From positions 195,974 to 259,973 of the forward strand of contig VRVR01000027.1 of NCBI GenBank assembly GCA_009859145.1: DNA of 64,000 bases, in the 5' to 3' direction. The position numbers were made by a program, and so were the translations under genes. Below the pieces are notes generated by a model that was not told the DNA's origin, did no database searches, and worked only from the letters and a program-made list of their open reading frames with translations. Source of the stretch: Andalucia godoyi And28. Taxonomy: Eukaryota > Protista > Jakobida. How positions within the stretch are numbered: position 1 is the first letter of the stretch; the number at the start of each line of letters is the position of its first letter. Shown piece after piece: positions 1 through 10,266 of this stretch.

Positions 1-229
1 AGGGGAAATAGTTATCAACTTGAACGGCATATCTGACAGTTGAATGTGTCCACCGTGCTGATTTTGGTCTTGGAAGTCTTGCAGTTGAGCACTCATGCGA
101 CTGTATTACCACGTAGATGGTGCCAAAGGACTTAAGAGAGTCATGGAATTGAGTCGAACCGCATTCTGATGAGCACGAGCACTTTGACAATTCTTAGGGT
201 GCTGTAACATTCAATGCCACACATCACGA

Positions 230-3200
230 TCAATCATGGCTCACCATGGGCGCATCTTCCGACTCGACGGCTTTTGAGGTTTCCAAAGCGGCCTTTGCGC
301 CAGCAGCCATCGCACGCTCTCTCATTTCGAGAATCTCCTTTGGAATCACGACCTTTCTTGGCGGAACAGGGATGCAGCGGATGATGGCGCCCAGCGGCAG
401 GGAGATGAATCCAATGATGATGCATCCCCACCACTGCCCGACGGTAAGACCGGTGGTCTGGATGGCCACACCGCCGAATTCGACAATAAGTGCCTGGATC
501 AGAACAGTCGAAAACCAGATGAGGAAGAAGAGCGGGGACTTCGTCGGCGTCAGACCGGCAAAGATGTTGGCGTCCCATCCATCGGTATCCGCAATGCGAC
601 GGGCATTGAGCTCGTTGAAGAGCTGGCAGAACACAAATGAATTGAAAATGATCGTCGTCAGCTCAATGGAATTCTCAGTCACGCCAGGAATCAGCTTGTG
701 GCCCGCAAACAGCAGCGTCATGGACATCGTGATCTGGTACGCCCCTTGGCCCACAACGTTACGAAGCATAACAGACGTAATCAACGGGTCGTAGCGACCA
801 TACGGCTTGCGCTCCAGCAATGCAGGCGATGGCGGCTCAGTCGCAAGCGCAAGCGCCGCAAACGTGTCCATGATAAGATTGACCCAGAGCAACTGGATGA
901 CCGTCAGCGGAAGATCACGCTGCGCAAGCGCTGCAATGAAAACCGTCGTCAACGCCACGAAATTCACAGTCATCTGGAACGAGAGGAACTTTCGGATATT
1001 CTCATACACCGAGCGTCCCCAAAGAACCGCCTTGACGATCGACGAGAAGTTGTCGTCCAGAATCACAATGTCCGATGCCTCCTTTGCGACTTCCGTTCCA
1101 GAGAGCCCCATCGACAAACCAACATCGGCTTCCTTGAGTGCTGGTGCGTCGTTCGTTCCATCGCCCGTAACCGCAACGACTTCTCCAAGCGTACGCAGGC
1201 GATTCACAAAGATGAACTTGTCCGACGGAGTAGAGCGCGCAAGAACCTGCAAATTCGGCAACACGCGATCACGCTCCTCGTCCGACATGTTTCGGAACAC
1301 GCGCCCCTCCATCGCCACACCGCCGTCTGTCAGGATTCCGCACTCACGGGCAATGTGCTTCGCGGTCAGAATGTTGTCACCCGTACACATTCGCACAACA
1401 ATTCCAGAGGCGCGGCATTGTCGGACTGCCTCGTACACCTCCTTGCGCAGCGGATCCTTGATGCCGACAATCGCAATGCACGTCATCTTGGACTCTGGAT
1501 CGCTCTCACTGGGCTCCCCGGACACCGATACAGGAACATTCGTCCATTGGTCGCCACCATCCTCTGCAAAGTCCCGATATGCCAGGCAGATCGTGCGAAG
1601 ACCCTGCGAAGCCATCTTGACAATCAGCTCTTCGAGATGTGCACGGTCATCGGTCGTAATGTCCACTTCGGCGCCAGACGGCGTCATGCGCTTTGAGCAG
1701 AGACCGAGGACAATCTCCGAAGCACCCTTGGAGAACAGGCGGAACTTCGGGCCCACTCCGTTTGCAGCAGCACCCTTGGAACCGAGAGAAACAATGGTCG
1801 ACATGCGCTTGCGGTCTGACGAGAACGTGTACACCTGGTGGATCGCATTCTTGTGCAGCTTTCGGATCGCCTCCCAATCCGAGTCAAAATTCCTTTGCAC
1901 CAACCACAACAGCGCGCATTCGGTCTTGTTTCCAACAAAATCCGGCCTTCCGTCCTCCTTCACAGCAATGACTGCCTTTGTGTTGATCGCAATTCCCTCG
2001 CACAGAAGCTGCTGAACACGCTCCGACGGCAAGGCTTTCGGAAACTCTTCATTGTCAATGAAATCTCCGGCAAAGTAACCCTTGACGACAGTCATTCTGT
2101 TCTCGGTGAGCGTTCCGGTCTTATCCGAACAGATTGTCGTTGCGCCGCCCATTGTTTCGCACGCAGACAAGTGCCGTACAAAGTTGTTGTCCTTCATCAT
2201 CTTCTTCATGGAGTACGCAAGAGCAATCGTAACTGCCAGCGGCAAGCCCTCGGGCACCGCAACGACTACGATTGTGACTGAAATCAAAAAGAAGTTCACA
2301 AACACATTGGTCGATCCACTGTTCCATGATTCACTTGTCGAAGCACGGACAGTGTATGAAATCGCGAGGACCAAAAACACAAGGATCGCGACGACGAACC
2401 CGGCTTTTCCGATCTGCGTCGCCAAGGCATCGAGCTTAATCTGCAGCGGCGTGTCTTCGGGGTCCTTCACGAGCTTTGCGACCGTCAGACCCCATTCCGA
2501 GTTCTCGCCAACGGCCAAAACAAGCATCCGGCCCGTGCCATCTGCAACCTGGGTTCCAGACAGCAAGAACGGTGCTTCACGCCGCGACTTCTTCACCAAG
2601 TCCGTTTCTCCGGTCATGGCGGACTCGTCTGTGGCGACATTGAATCCATCGATCAGAACACCATCGGCCGGCACCTGGTCTCCCGAATCCAAGATCACGA
2701 CATCTCCGACGCACAAGTCATGCGTTGAAATCACAGCGCGCTTGCCGCCACGAACAACCTTGATCTGTCGGTTCTCCTTGACCTTGTTCAGCGCCTTGAA
2801 CTGTCTTTCCTTTGAGTAGTTGTTTCCCGCGGTGACGAATGCGACCAGCAGCACGGCAATCATGATTGCCACCGGCTCAATCCACCCGTTTCCACCACCA
2901 TCGTGGAATCCAAGCTCCAGTGCAAGCGACACGCATGCCAGTCCCGTCAAGATCCGCAGCATCAGATCCTCAAATGCTTCCCACAGCAACTCCAGAAATG
3001 AAGCCGACGGTTGCTCGGCGTATCGATTCGCCCCAAACACGGATCGGCGATAGTCGTGGCCGTCGTGAAGCGCATGCGGAAATGCAGCGACCGCCTCCGC
3101 CGTCTGGTCCGTCTCCTTATCTGCGGAAATGCCATTGTCGAGATCCGTACACAGCTTTGCCGCCAGAAAGGAAACAGGATCCGCGTCCAACTCCCGAAGA

Positions 3201-3328
3201 GTAGGCACATCGCGCTCGAGCGAAAGCTGTGAAAGATCAGAAAGCGATATGCCAAACGGACCTTGAACCGTCGAAGACTGTCCTTCCATCACTGAGGACA
3301 GCACTGGTTTCTGTTCTGATCCAGACAT
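230..3328 (-). CDS. P-type IIB Ca2+-transporting ATPase (PMCA/Pmc1-like), about 1032 aa; short C-tail without an obvious calmodulin-binding extension
   Basis: Motifs DESAMTGE, VAVPEGLPLAVT, CSDKTGTLT, FSSDRKRMS, KGASE, TGDN, GDGTNDAPALK and QLLWVNLIMDT; about 10 hydrophobic helices. First plausible ATG (MSGSEQK) is at 3328; the track start at 3397 lies in the purine/pyrimidine-biased leader. Confidence 0.96.
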   Translation of the reverse strand: MSGSEQKPVLSSVMEGQSSTVQGPFGISLSDLSQLSLERDVPTLRELDADPVSFLAAKLCTDLDNGISADKETDQTAEAVAAFPHALHDGHDYRRSVFGANRYAEQPSASFLELLWEAFEDLMLRILTGLACVSLALELGFHDGGGNGWIEPVAIMIAVLLVAFVTAGNNYSKERQFKALNKVKENRQIKVVRGGKRAVISTHDLCVGDVVILDSGDQVPADGVLIDGFNVATDESAMTGETDLVKKSRREAPFLLSGTQVADGTGRMLVLAVGENSEWGLTVAKLVKDPEDTPLQIKLDALATQIGKAGFVVAILVFLVLAISYTVRASTSESWNSGSTNVFVNFFLISVTIVVVAVPEGLPLAVTIALAYSMKKMMKDNNFVRHLSACETMGGATTICSDKTGTLTENRMTVVKGYFAGDFIDNEEFPKALPSERVQQLLCEGIAINTKAVIAVKEDGRPDFVGNKTECALLWLVQRNFDSDWEAIRKLHKNAIHQVYTFSSDRKRMSTIVSLGSKGAAANGVGPKFRLFSKGASEIVLGLCSKRMTPSGAEVDITTDDRAHLEELIVKMASQGLRTICLAYRDFAEDGGDQWTNVPVSVSGEPSESDPESKMTCIAIVGIKDPLRKEVYEAVRQCRASGIVVRMCTGDNILTAKHIARECGILTDGGVAMEGRVFRNMSDEERDRVLPNLQVLARSTPSDKFIFVNRLRTLGEVVAVTGDGTNDAPALKEADVGLSMGLSGTEVAKEASDIVILDDNFSSIVKAVLWGRSVYENIRKFLSFQMTVNFVALTTVFIAALAQRDLPLTVIQLLWVNLIMDTFAALALATEPPSPALLERKPYGRYDPLITSVMLRNVVGQGAYQITMSMTLLFAGHKLIPGVTENSIELTTIIFNSFVFCQLFNELNARRIADTDGWDANIFAGLTPTKSPLFFLIWFSTVLIQALIVEFGGVAIQTTGLTVGQWWGCIIIGFISLPLGAIIRCIPVPPRKVVIPKEILEMRERAMAAGAKAALETSKAVESEDAPMVSHD

Positions 3329-4372
3329 GTTACGTGTAATCCTCGAAGGGGGAGGAAGTAAAGAAGAAGGGAGAGAATAGGCAGAAAGAATGAGCATTTT
3401 TGAGCGGGAAAAAAAGGTGTGAAAAATTGCGAGACACAGAAGAAATTGTTGTTACACCGAAACGGCAGACAAACAAAGCAGACTGCAGAAAAGAAATGCG
3501 ATCACAGATTTGCCCGCTCGCCCGTCTTAGAGAAAGAAAAGGCCGAACTTGGCGTGAGCAGTTGTGAAGGTCAAACACTGAAAGGCACATGTTTTCCATT
3601 TGCCCCAATGACCATTTCAATTCCACGATGGAGCGAACTGGCAATTCGAAAGCGGTGACAACAAAAGGTGCTCCGATCGATGAATCATTCAATTCACTCA
3701 TCCTCCTAGCCAAAGTCGGCCCACAAGAAAAACCACCAAAATGAATGCTCGTGTCTCTCCGAACAGTAAAATACTTTTCTAGCCACGTATTCGCCAACAA
3801 CAAAGGGGGGTATTTCAACCGATGCGATCCAGCCTGCCATCGTCGAAAACATGCTTGCCATGCAGACGATACGACGCAGAACATCCTAAAATTCCGCAGT
3901 GGTACACAGCAGGTTGAACATTCTCCTCGCAGTTCGGATCAAGGCCAGCAATGTTGAAGAGGCGCCACTCGATCGAGAAGAACCGTCCGTTGCCCACGAT
4001 GACAGCAAGCTCCTCATTTTCGACAGCCAATGGACGGATGGAGACACGGCGAAGATCTGCGAATCCAATGCTGGAGCACAAGTACCAAAGGTAATTCACG
4101 CACAGTGCTCCGCCCTTGCATTCACCACGCAGCAATTCATTTTCACAACCGATTTGAATCAGAAGATGTTCATAAAATTCGTCTGACAAGAAGAATTCTC
4201 CCGCCGTTGCGCAACAACCGGTGAAAGATCTTCCAAAATAAAACAAGGAAATAAAGAAAATTACGGTTTACAACCAAAACAACGGGGGCACATGGGGGAG
4301 CCCACAAGTCACAAAGATCAGGAAAAGTTCTTCCCCAAATTGATGGGCCGTTTTAGAACTCGAGCCTGAAAT

Positions 4373-4495
4373 CTAGTCGGAATCATCCTTCTTCTTGTCC
4401 TTCTTGTCCTTCTTGTCGTGATCGTGGTCCTTTTTGTCCTTCTTGTCGTGGTCGTGGTCCTTCTTGTCCTTCTTGTCGTGCTCGTCTTTACCCAT
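4373..4495 (-). CDS. 40-aa His/Asp/Lys-rich micropeptide MGKDEHDKKDKKDHDHDKKDKKDHDHDKKDKKDKKKDDSD (not in ORF track)
   Basis: ATG at 4495 to TAG at 4373, 41 codons. The repeat units differ at synonymous third positions (AAG/AAA, GAC/GAT). AT-rich leader; divergent from the P1B ATPase. Confidence 0.6.
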   Translation of the reverse strand: MGKDEHDKKDKKDHDHDKKDKKDHDHDKKDKKDKKKDDSD

Positions 4496-4603
4496 TGCTT
4501 AAAGATTCTTTCAGTGTTTTTAAAAGCAATCGAAGAAAAAGAAAAAAGATGCAAACTTGTGGAGAGCGGTGATTTTATTACGTTCAAATCCACCAGACCT
4601 CAG

Positions 4604-4675
4604 AGTCGGAGTCGGATTCGGAGTCGGATTCGGAGTCGGTGTCGGCGTCGGTGTCGGCGTCGGTGTCGGCGTCGG
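4604..4675. repeat. Hexamer tandem repeat NNTCGG x12 (AGTCGG/ATTCGG, then TGTCGG/CGTCGG) in the divergent intergenic region
   Basis: Directly visible in sequence; each unit ends in CGG. Confidence 0.95.
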
Positions 4676-4778
4676 CGTGAGCATTTTGCGAACAGCAGAT
4701 GGCGTCTTATTTTTTGCTGTCGGTTGGCAAAAGGATCTTGATGTAAGAAATAGTTTTTCTTTTGTTTCTTGATTTTCA

Positions 4779-7706
4779 ATGGCAGAACCACAACGCGACT
4801 ATTCCAAGGCTAACGATCGAGACGGGGATTGTTGTGCATCGCATTCTATTATGAAGGAAGATTGTGACAACCATGGTGGTGGAGAAAGTGAGAACACGCA
4901 TCCACGTGTTTTTCCTCCTTCAGACGATGATGATTCTTCTTGCAATTCGTGCGATAACCACTCGCACGGCCATGGCAAGAACGAGGCGAAAGACGAGTGT
5001 GGCTCCGCGTGTGGTGGCGGTCACTCGCATGGTCCAAGGACAGAAGATGCCTCGTGGAAAACGGAACCCTCGAGTTCAGGAAGTCCTTCCATCTCCACAG
5101 TTCCTGACGTTTGCTGCAAACCATGCATGCAAGGGCAGTGTTGCGGTGACGACTGCTGCAAGGAGAAGTGCTCCTTGCTCGCACAAGAGCCGCATCTGAC
5201 CACTGTTTTGTTCTTGGTTGCTGGAATGACATGTGGAGGGTGTGTTTCGACTGCTGAGAGTCAGCTTCTGTCATTGCCATCTGTGACCAGGGTTTCTGCG
5301 TCCTCCTTGACAGGAAAGATAGAAGTCACTTTTGACGAGTCTGTCATCCATCCTTTTGCGATTGCTTATTCGTTGAGTCTTGTTGGCTTCGAGGCAAGGC
5401 CGGTACTTTCCAACTCCAGCACCCCATCGTTGATCGTTGCGTTTCCAGAAATGTTGTCGATGGAGGCGGAAATCGACACCCTCGGAAAGCTGCACAGTGG
5501 AATCACTTCCGTCTCACCTTTTCCCGGACCTGCAAATCGACTCGAGGTCTTTTATGATCCATCCATAATATCTCCATCTCGGCTGTTTCTGCTTTTGGAG
5601 TTGTCTACGAAAGGCGCTGGCCGCTATGTCTCCCGCTCCGAGATCGAATCCGAGCAACAGGCCGAAGCCGAGCATCAGGCGGTGTGGCGCTGGCAGTGGC
5701 GGTTCTGGGTGAGTCTCATCTTGTCGATACCCACATTCCTGGTTGCGTTTGTTTTCCCTTCAACTGGACCGAATCTGGGTTTTGAAGTGGCCGGGAGCTT
5801 AACCCTTTCGACGCTTTTGCTCTGGTTGCTCGCCACTCCTGTGCAATTATGGATTGCTCAACCGCTGTACGAAAGCACATGGCTGGCTCTTCGCTATTCG
5901 CACCGCGCGAATATCGATACATTGATCGTCGTGAGCAGTTGCGTGGCCTACTTTTACAGTATGGCCATGGTGTTCGTGTGTCTTTCCGGAAATAGTGCGT
6001 GTGATGACGAGACCTTTTTTGAGGCTGCCACTTTGCTGATCATGCTTATTTGTCTTGGTCGCTACCTTGAGGTGGTAACGCGTCGCAAAACAGCCGGTGT
6101 GCTTCGGGAGTTGGCCGCCCTGCAGCCTGCCGTTGCGCGTTTGAATCCAGGCGGACAGATGGTGCCCGCGGATTTGATTACTCCAAAGGAACGGGTTCTG
6201 ATTCTACCAGGAGAACAGATTCCTGTAGATGGAGTTGTTGAGCAAGGGGATTCAACAGTTGACGAGAGTATGATCACAGGAGAGTCGGCTCCTGTGGCGA
6301 AGGAAGTGGGTAGTGTTGTGACATGCGCAACGTTAAATCAGCATGGGTCTTTGGTGGTGGAGTGCACTGCAGATGCCCAATCTTCGAGTTTGTCGGCCAT
6401 CAGACGGATGATAGAGAATGCGCAGGCGTCGAAGCCCCGCCTGCAGGAGGTCACCGATCAACTGGCATCGTTTTTCGTTCCTGTGATCATCATTGTAGCT
6501 ACTGTTGTGTTTGTCATCTGGTTCAGTTTGGCCAGCACAGACTCGGTGGATACGAATGGCTCCCGGAGTTTTCCCTTTGCATTGAAGTTTGCTCTCGCAC
6601 TTCTTGTTGTTTCGTGCCCATGCGCGGTTGGCTTGGCCGTTCCCACAGCGGTGATGGTAGGAACTGGCGTCGGTGCCCGCAAAGTCGGAGTTCTGTTCCG
6701 TGGTGCCGACTGCATTCAAAATCTTGCTGAAGTGGACACCATTGCGTTTGATAAGACCGGAACTCTGACAGAAGGAAAGTTTTCTGTCGTGCAAGTGTCT
6801 GTGGAGCCGGAGTTCTCCGAAACACAGTTGTTTTCTTATTTGTTGGCGGTTGAAAGCCTCAGCGAGCATCCCATTGCGAAGTCCGTGGTTGCCTTCATTC
6901 AGACCAAAGGCTGCATCTTGGATAGTCTTACCGTGGATTCGTCAGAAGCGGTTCCAGGAAGAGGCATCCGCTGTGCAGTGGGAAAGGATCGCCTTGCAGT
7001 TGGATCATTGCAGCTTATGTTAGATGAAGGCGTTCCCTCATTCCAGGATCCGGATGCTCCTGGCACCATGGTGTTTGTATCTTTTAATGGTCAGCTTGTT
7101 GGATGGTTGAGATTGGCAGACCGTCCTCGTGCTGATTCCGGATTGGTCATCGCAGAACTTCTCAGCCGTGGATTCCGTGTCGTTATGCTAAGTGGTGATC
7201 GCGAATCCGCTGTTTCTTCTTGCGCCGTAACGATTGGAATCAAGGAATACTTTGGGGCATTGCTGCCGGCTGACAAGGCGTCAAAAATTTCCGCGTGGCA
7301 AGCTGAGGGACATCGCGTGTTATTCGTGGGTGACGGGCTGAACGACTCCCCGGCTCTCGCTGAAGCGAGCGTCGGGATGGCTGTGTCGACAGCTTCCACC
7401 CTGTCAATGTCCACAGCAGATGTTGTTCTCCTCAAAGACCGTCTTGCTGATACTGTCGGCGCTATCGATTTGGCCCACGCTATCTTCCGGGTCATTCGAT
7501 GGAATCTCTTTTGGGCCTTTTTATACAATATCATTGCGATCCCTCTTGCCGCTGGAGTGCTCTATCCTGCTGGCGGTATCTCTATCAATCCTGCTTTTGC
7601 TGGCTTGTCTGAAGTCTTGTCGAGTATCCCTGTGGTGCTCTGTTCCCTGACGTTGAATTGGTTTGAACCGAAACGGTTCTCAGTGAACAAAGAAGCGACA
7701 GCCTAG
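4779..7706 (+). CDS. P1B heavy-metal-translocating ATPase with His/Cys-rich N-terminus and one HMA domain; Pca1-like TM8
   Basis: HSHGHG and CC..C..CC..CC..C N-terminus, GMTCGGC, ESMITGES, SCPCAVGLAVP, FDKTGTLTEG, SEHP, GDGLNDSPAL, TM7 YN, TM8 AGLSEVLSSIPV. Confidence 0.96.
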   Translation: MAEPQRDYSKANDRDGDCCASHSIMKEDCDNHGGGESENTHPRVFPPSDDDDSSCNSCDNHSHGHGKNEAKDECGSACGGGHSHGPRTEDASWKTEPSSSGSPSISTVPDVCCKPCMQGQCCGDDCCKEKCSLLAQEPHLTTVLFLVAGMTCGGCVSTAESQLLSLPSVTRVSASSLTGKIEVTFDESVIHPFAIAYSLSLVGFEARPVLSNSSTPSLIVAFPEMLSMEAEIDTLGKLHSGITSVSPFPGPANRLEVFYDPSIISPSRLFLLLELSTKGAGRYVSRSEIESEQQAEAEHQAVWRWQWRFWVSLILSIPTFLVAFVFPSTGPNLGFEVAGSLTLSTLLLWLLATPVQLWIAQPLYESTWLALRYSHRANIDTLIVVSSCVAYFYSMAMVFVCLSGNSACDDETFFEAATLLIMLICLGRYLEVVTRRKTAGVLRELAALQPAVARLNPGGQMVPADLITPKERVLILPGEQIPVDGVVEQGDSTVDESMITGESAPVAKEVGSVVTCATLNQHGSLVVECTADAQSSSLSAIRRMIENAQASKPRLQEVTDQLASFFVPVIIIVATVVFVIWFSLASTDSVDTNGSRSFPFALKFALALLVVSCPCAVGLAVPTAVMVGTGVGARKVGVLFRGADCIQNLAEVDTIAFDKTGTLTEGKFSVVQVSVEPEFSETQLFSYLLAVESLSEHPIAKSVVAFIQTKGCILDSLTVDSSEAVPGRGIRCAVGKDRLAVGSLQLMLDEGVPSFQDPDAPGTMVFVSFNGQLVGWLRLADRPRADSGLVIAELLSRGFRVVMLSGDRESAVSSCAVTIGIKEYFGALLPADKASKISAWQAEGHRVLFVGDGLNDSPALAEASVGMAVSTASTLSMSTADVVLLKDRLADTVGAIDLAHAIFRVIRWNLFWAFLYNIIAIPLAAGVLYPAGGISINPAFAGLSEVLSSIPVVLCSLTLNWFEPKRFSVNKEATA

Positions 7707-7937
7707 TAATTCTTGTGGAACTTAGAACTGCACGTGATTTGCTGATATCAGTTTCTGCAATGCTGTCGAATAACACCATTGGAGCATCGACAACTCAAAA
7801 TGCCGAGCTGCAGCTTCCTCGGGGTTGATACATATTCTGGCAGCATATTGATCTTGCACCTCTTGTTTACCGAACCATTCAATTTGCATTTCTGACATCG
7901 TACAAAAAAGTCGTTCCTATTTTTGCATTCGCAGAAG

Positions 7938-8765
7938 TTAAACCCAGAGTGCCAACACTGTAAATCCTCCGAATCCCAAGCAGAGCCACCCTTGTTTCCA
8001 AAAGAATCGTCCACGCAAAGCAACTTCCGGCAACATTTCCAGGAAAGACACAAAAATAAAAGAGCCCCCGGCGCAACTCAAAAGTATTCCGTTTGCCACC
8101 GACGAAGAATGGCCCCCTCCCGTTGCAAGCGAGCCAACAGCGATGCCCACTGGACAAGCAAGCGAAAATGCAACTGCCGCAGCTACGAGCCAAATAGCAG
8201 GCCACTGCAGACGAGTGAGTCGGACTCCCAGCGAGTAGGCGGCGAATCCTTTGTGCGCAATGACAGCTGCAAACAGCATGATGATTTCATGAGACGAGCT
8301 TTCCGTACCGAGACCAAGACCTTCCAGGAACGAGTGAAAACTGAGGCCAAACAGCAATGTCAACGCACCGGATGTATGATTGCCATCTTCAAGCCAACAT
8401 TTGAGAGAGAAAAGAGCGAGGCACACGGAGCCGGACACAGCATAGGCAAGCGGAAACGCAATCTCAGCAAGCATACTGGCGGCCTGAGGAAGAACATGTA
8501 CGAGACCAGCCGACAAGATAACCCCAGCCCCAATGGCTTCTCCTCCATCTTCGAAAAGGCTCTTGGAGACGCGATCTTTAACGGGCTCCTGATCAATAAA
8601 GGACATGCCTGACTCCAACTTATCCAAGTCCTCCGCAGTCGGCAATGTTTCCTGCTGCTTTGAATACCGGTTCCATCGTTGATGCAGGATCGGAACCATA
8701 GCTCCAGCCAAGCCAACAGCAAAAATAACAAGGGCCAACAAAACCTTTAAGAGCTCAATGTCCAT
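7938..8765 (-). CDS. ZIP (SLC39/Zrt-Irt-like) divalent metal transporter, 275 aa
   Basis: Motifs GVILSAGLVHVLP, SFHSFLEGLGLG, AHKGFAAYSLG and GSFIFVSFLEMLP; about 8 TM segments. Confidence 0.92.
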   Translation of the reverse strand: MDIELLKVLLALVIFAVGLAGAMVPILHQRWNRYSKQQETLPTAEDLDKLESGMSFIDQEPVKDRVSKSLFEDGGEAIGAGVILSAGLVHVLPQAASMLAEIAFPLAYAVSGSVCLALFSLKCWLEDGNHTSGALTLLFGLSFHSFLEGLGLGTESSSHEIIMLFAAVIAHKGFAAYSLGVRLTRLQWPAIWLVAAAVAFSLACPVGIAVGSLATGGGHSSSVANGILLSCAGGSFIFVSFLEMLPEVALRGRFFWKQGWLCLGFGGFTVLALWV

Positions 8766-9300
8766 GGTGAAACAATCGGTAAGTTCTGTACTTTATTACG
8801 ATGCGATCGGAAAAGTGGAAGCAGCTTGAAAGAATTTGAGGACCACCACTTCCTTAAATCCAAGTTTTGTGAACTGATGCAAGCTTTGATGCTGCCGGCA
8901 AAAGCCATCTCCTTTGGATTTTTTAACGCTCACCTCGACGTTTTAAGGTTCATTTCAGTTTAAAAAATTGACAAACGGTTAATGCTTTAATTGCACAAGA
9001 TTCTGCAGACGCCACTCACTTCAGTATCAGGGCTAATACATATCTCTTTTGTTACATAGAACCTTGCAAATGGTCATGAACTGAGGGACTTCTTTTAATC
9101 AGGAGTCACAGGTGTACAAACAGAACAAGCAAGAAAGTCGACTCTCTGGAAGGCAAATCTCAACGACGACGACCACTTCGAAAGCCTAAAAGCCCAATCC
9201 TGACAGCTGGCTGCGATAAAAAGAACCCTTTCTGCAGGACTGTGTTAGCACTGTTTTTGGAAAGCTGTTACATATCTTGAACGGTCATGAATGACACCAC

Positions 9301-10266
9301 CTACCACAATCTCATTGGCATGAATGAAAGCAACCCATATACAAGATGATATCGATCATCGCGAAAGAAAAGCACCCGGCTAAACGCAGGTTCAACAAGA
9401 TCGTTTCCAAATTGTACAGCTATTTTCATTACTCGATTCTGCGATCTACAATCACCTCCTCGCATACTGCAACAGTCATCTTCCATGATCAAATCACCAA
9501 GACGCGGGGACGTGGAAAGCCAAAACGACCGAGGAAACCGGCTCCATGCCTCGAAATCTCTATTGACGTCTACCACAGATAGGTGCTCGTCCAGAGAGAA
9601 AACGATCGCAGGCACTGGCATATCAAAAAATAAAATTGAATGAAGCAGTTCGCGAAAAGCTGACAGGGAACCATCACTTGTGTCACGCGAAGGCACAATC
9701 ATGGTGGAAACGGTTAGAACGGTAGAACAGGTCAACTTTTCCAGGAGGGTTCGATTCCCCACGCCACATTGCAAAGGGGACGTGCAAACAGGGTGTAATC
9801 GTGAGGGCTGATCAGGAGCGTCCGAGTTTTGCGTCAGAGAAAGCCCCGCAGCTGTCAAAACTGACGTCGAACTGCATGGGATCGTTGATATAGATATTGG
9901 AACTGACGGTACCGAGGATTGATCTGATAATTCTAGAGGAAAACCGTCAAAACCGACTGCAGCAGAGCCCGGCAATACAGAATCGGAAATCGTAGAATTT
10001 GGGTACGTTGTCAGTTCGAGAACATTGAGATATTCTGGTGAATTGAAGGCCCCATTTGGCAAAAGAGGAACTGCAGGTGTAGTCATCGCTGAATCGGAAG
10101 TCGGCTCTGCAGTGAAAGAGACGGTGCTCCTCAAAGGAGCAGTGGAACTTTCACAAACCTGTGCTCGGCCCGACGCAATGCAGCGCTCACAAGCGGTTGT
10201 TCCGGAGCGCACACACCGCTTTTTCTGCTTGTGACACCACTGACACGAAGATGATCGGGAGGACAT
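9301..10266 (-). CDS. Zn(II)2Cys6 binuclear-cluster transcription factor; possible C-terminal PAS-like domain
   Basis: N-terminal CQWCHKQKKRC-x7-CERC-x8-C; Ser/Thr/Pro-rich linker; C-terminal PAIVFSLDEHLSVVDVNRDFEAWS is reminiscent of the PAS region of ERT1/GSM1-type factors (weak). Confidence 0.85.
   Translation of the reverse strand: MSSRSSSCQWCHKQKKRCVRSGTTACERCIASGRAQVCESSTAPLRSTVSFTAEPTSDSAMTTPAVPLLPNGAFNSPEYLNVLELTTYPNSTISDSVLPGSAAVGFDGFPLELSDQSSVPSVPISISTIPCSSTSVLTAAGLSLTQNSDAPDQPSRLHPVCTSPLQCGVGNRTLLEKLTCSTVLTVSTMIVPSRDTSDGSLSAFRELLHSILFFDMPVPAIVFSLDEHLSVVDVNRDFEAWSRFPRSFWLSTSPRLGDLIMEDDCCSMRGGDCRSQNRVMKIAVQFGNDLVEPAFSRVLFFRDDRYHLVYGLLSFMPMRLW

Noticed and set aside
246-2819. Long antisense ORFs overlapping PMCA, TOP2 and the TPR gene (e.g. 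807..2015 +, 698..1696 +, 17755..18384 -, 60183..61061 -)
   Set aside because: They are shadows of codon bias or repeats on the opposite strand of well-supported genes, with no domain signal.
3815-4246. ORFs 3815..4246 (-) and 3899..4186 (+) between PMCA and the micropeptide
   Set aside because: They start at TTG/GTG with no usable ATG and no recognisable motif; the strand cannot be chosen.
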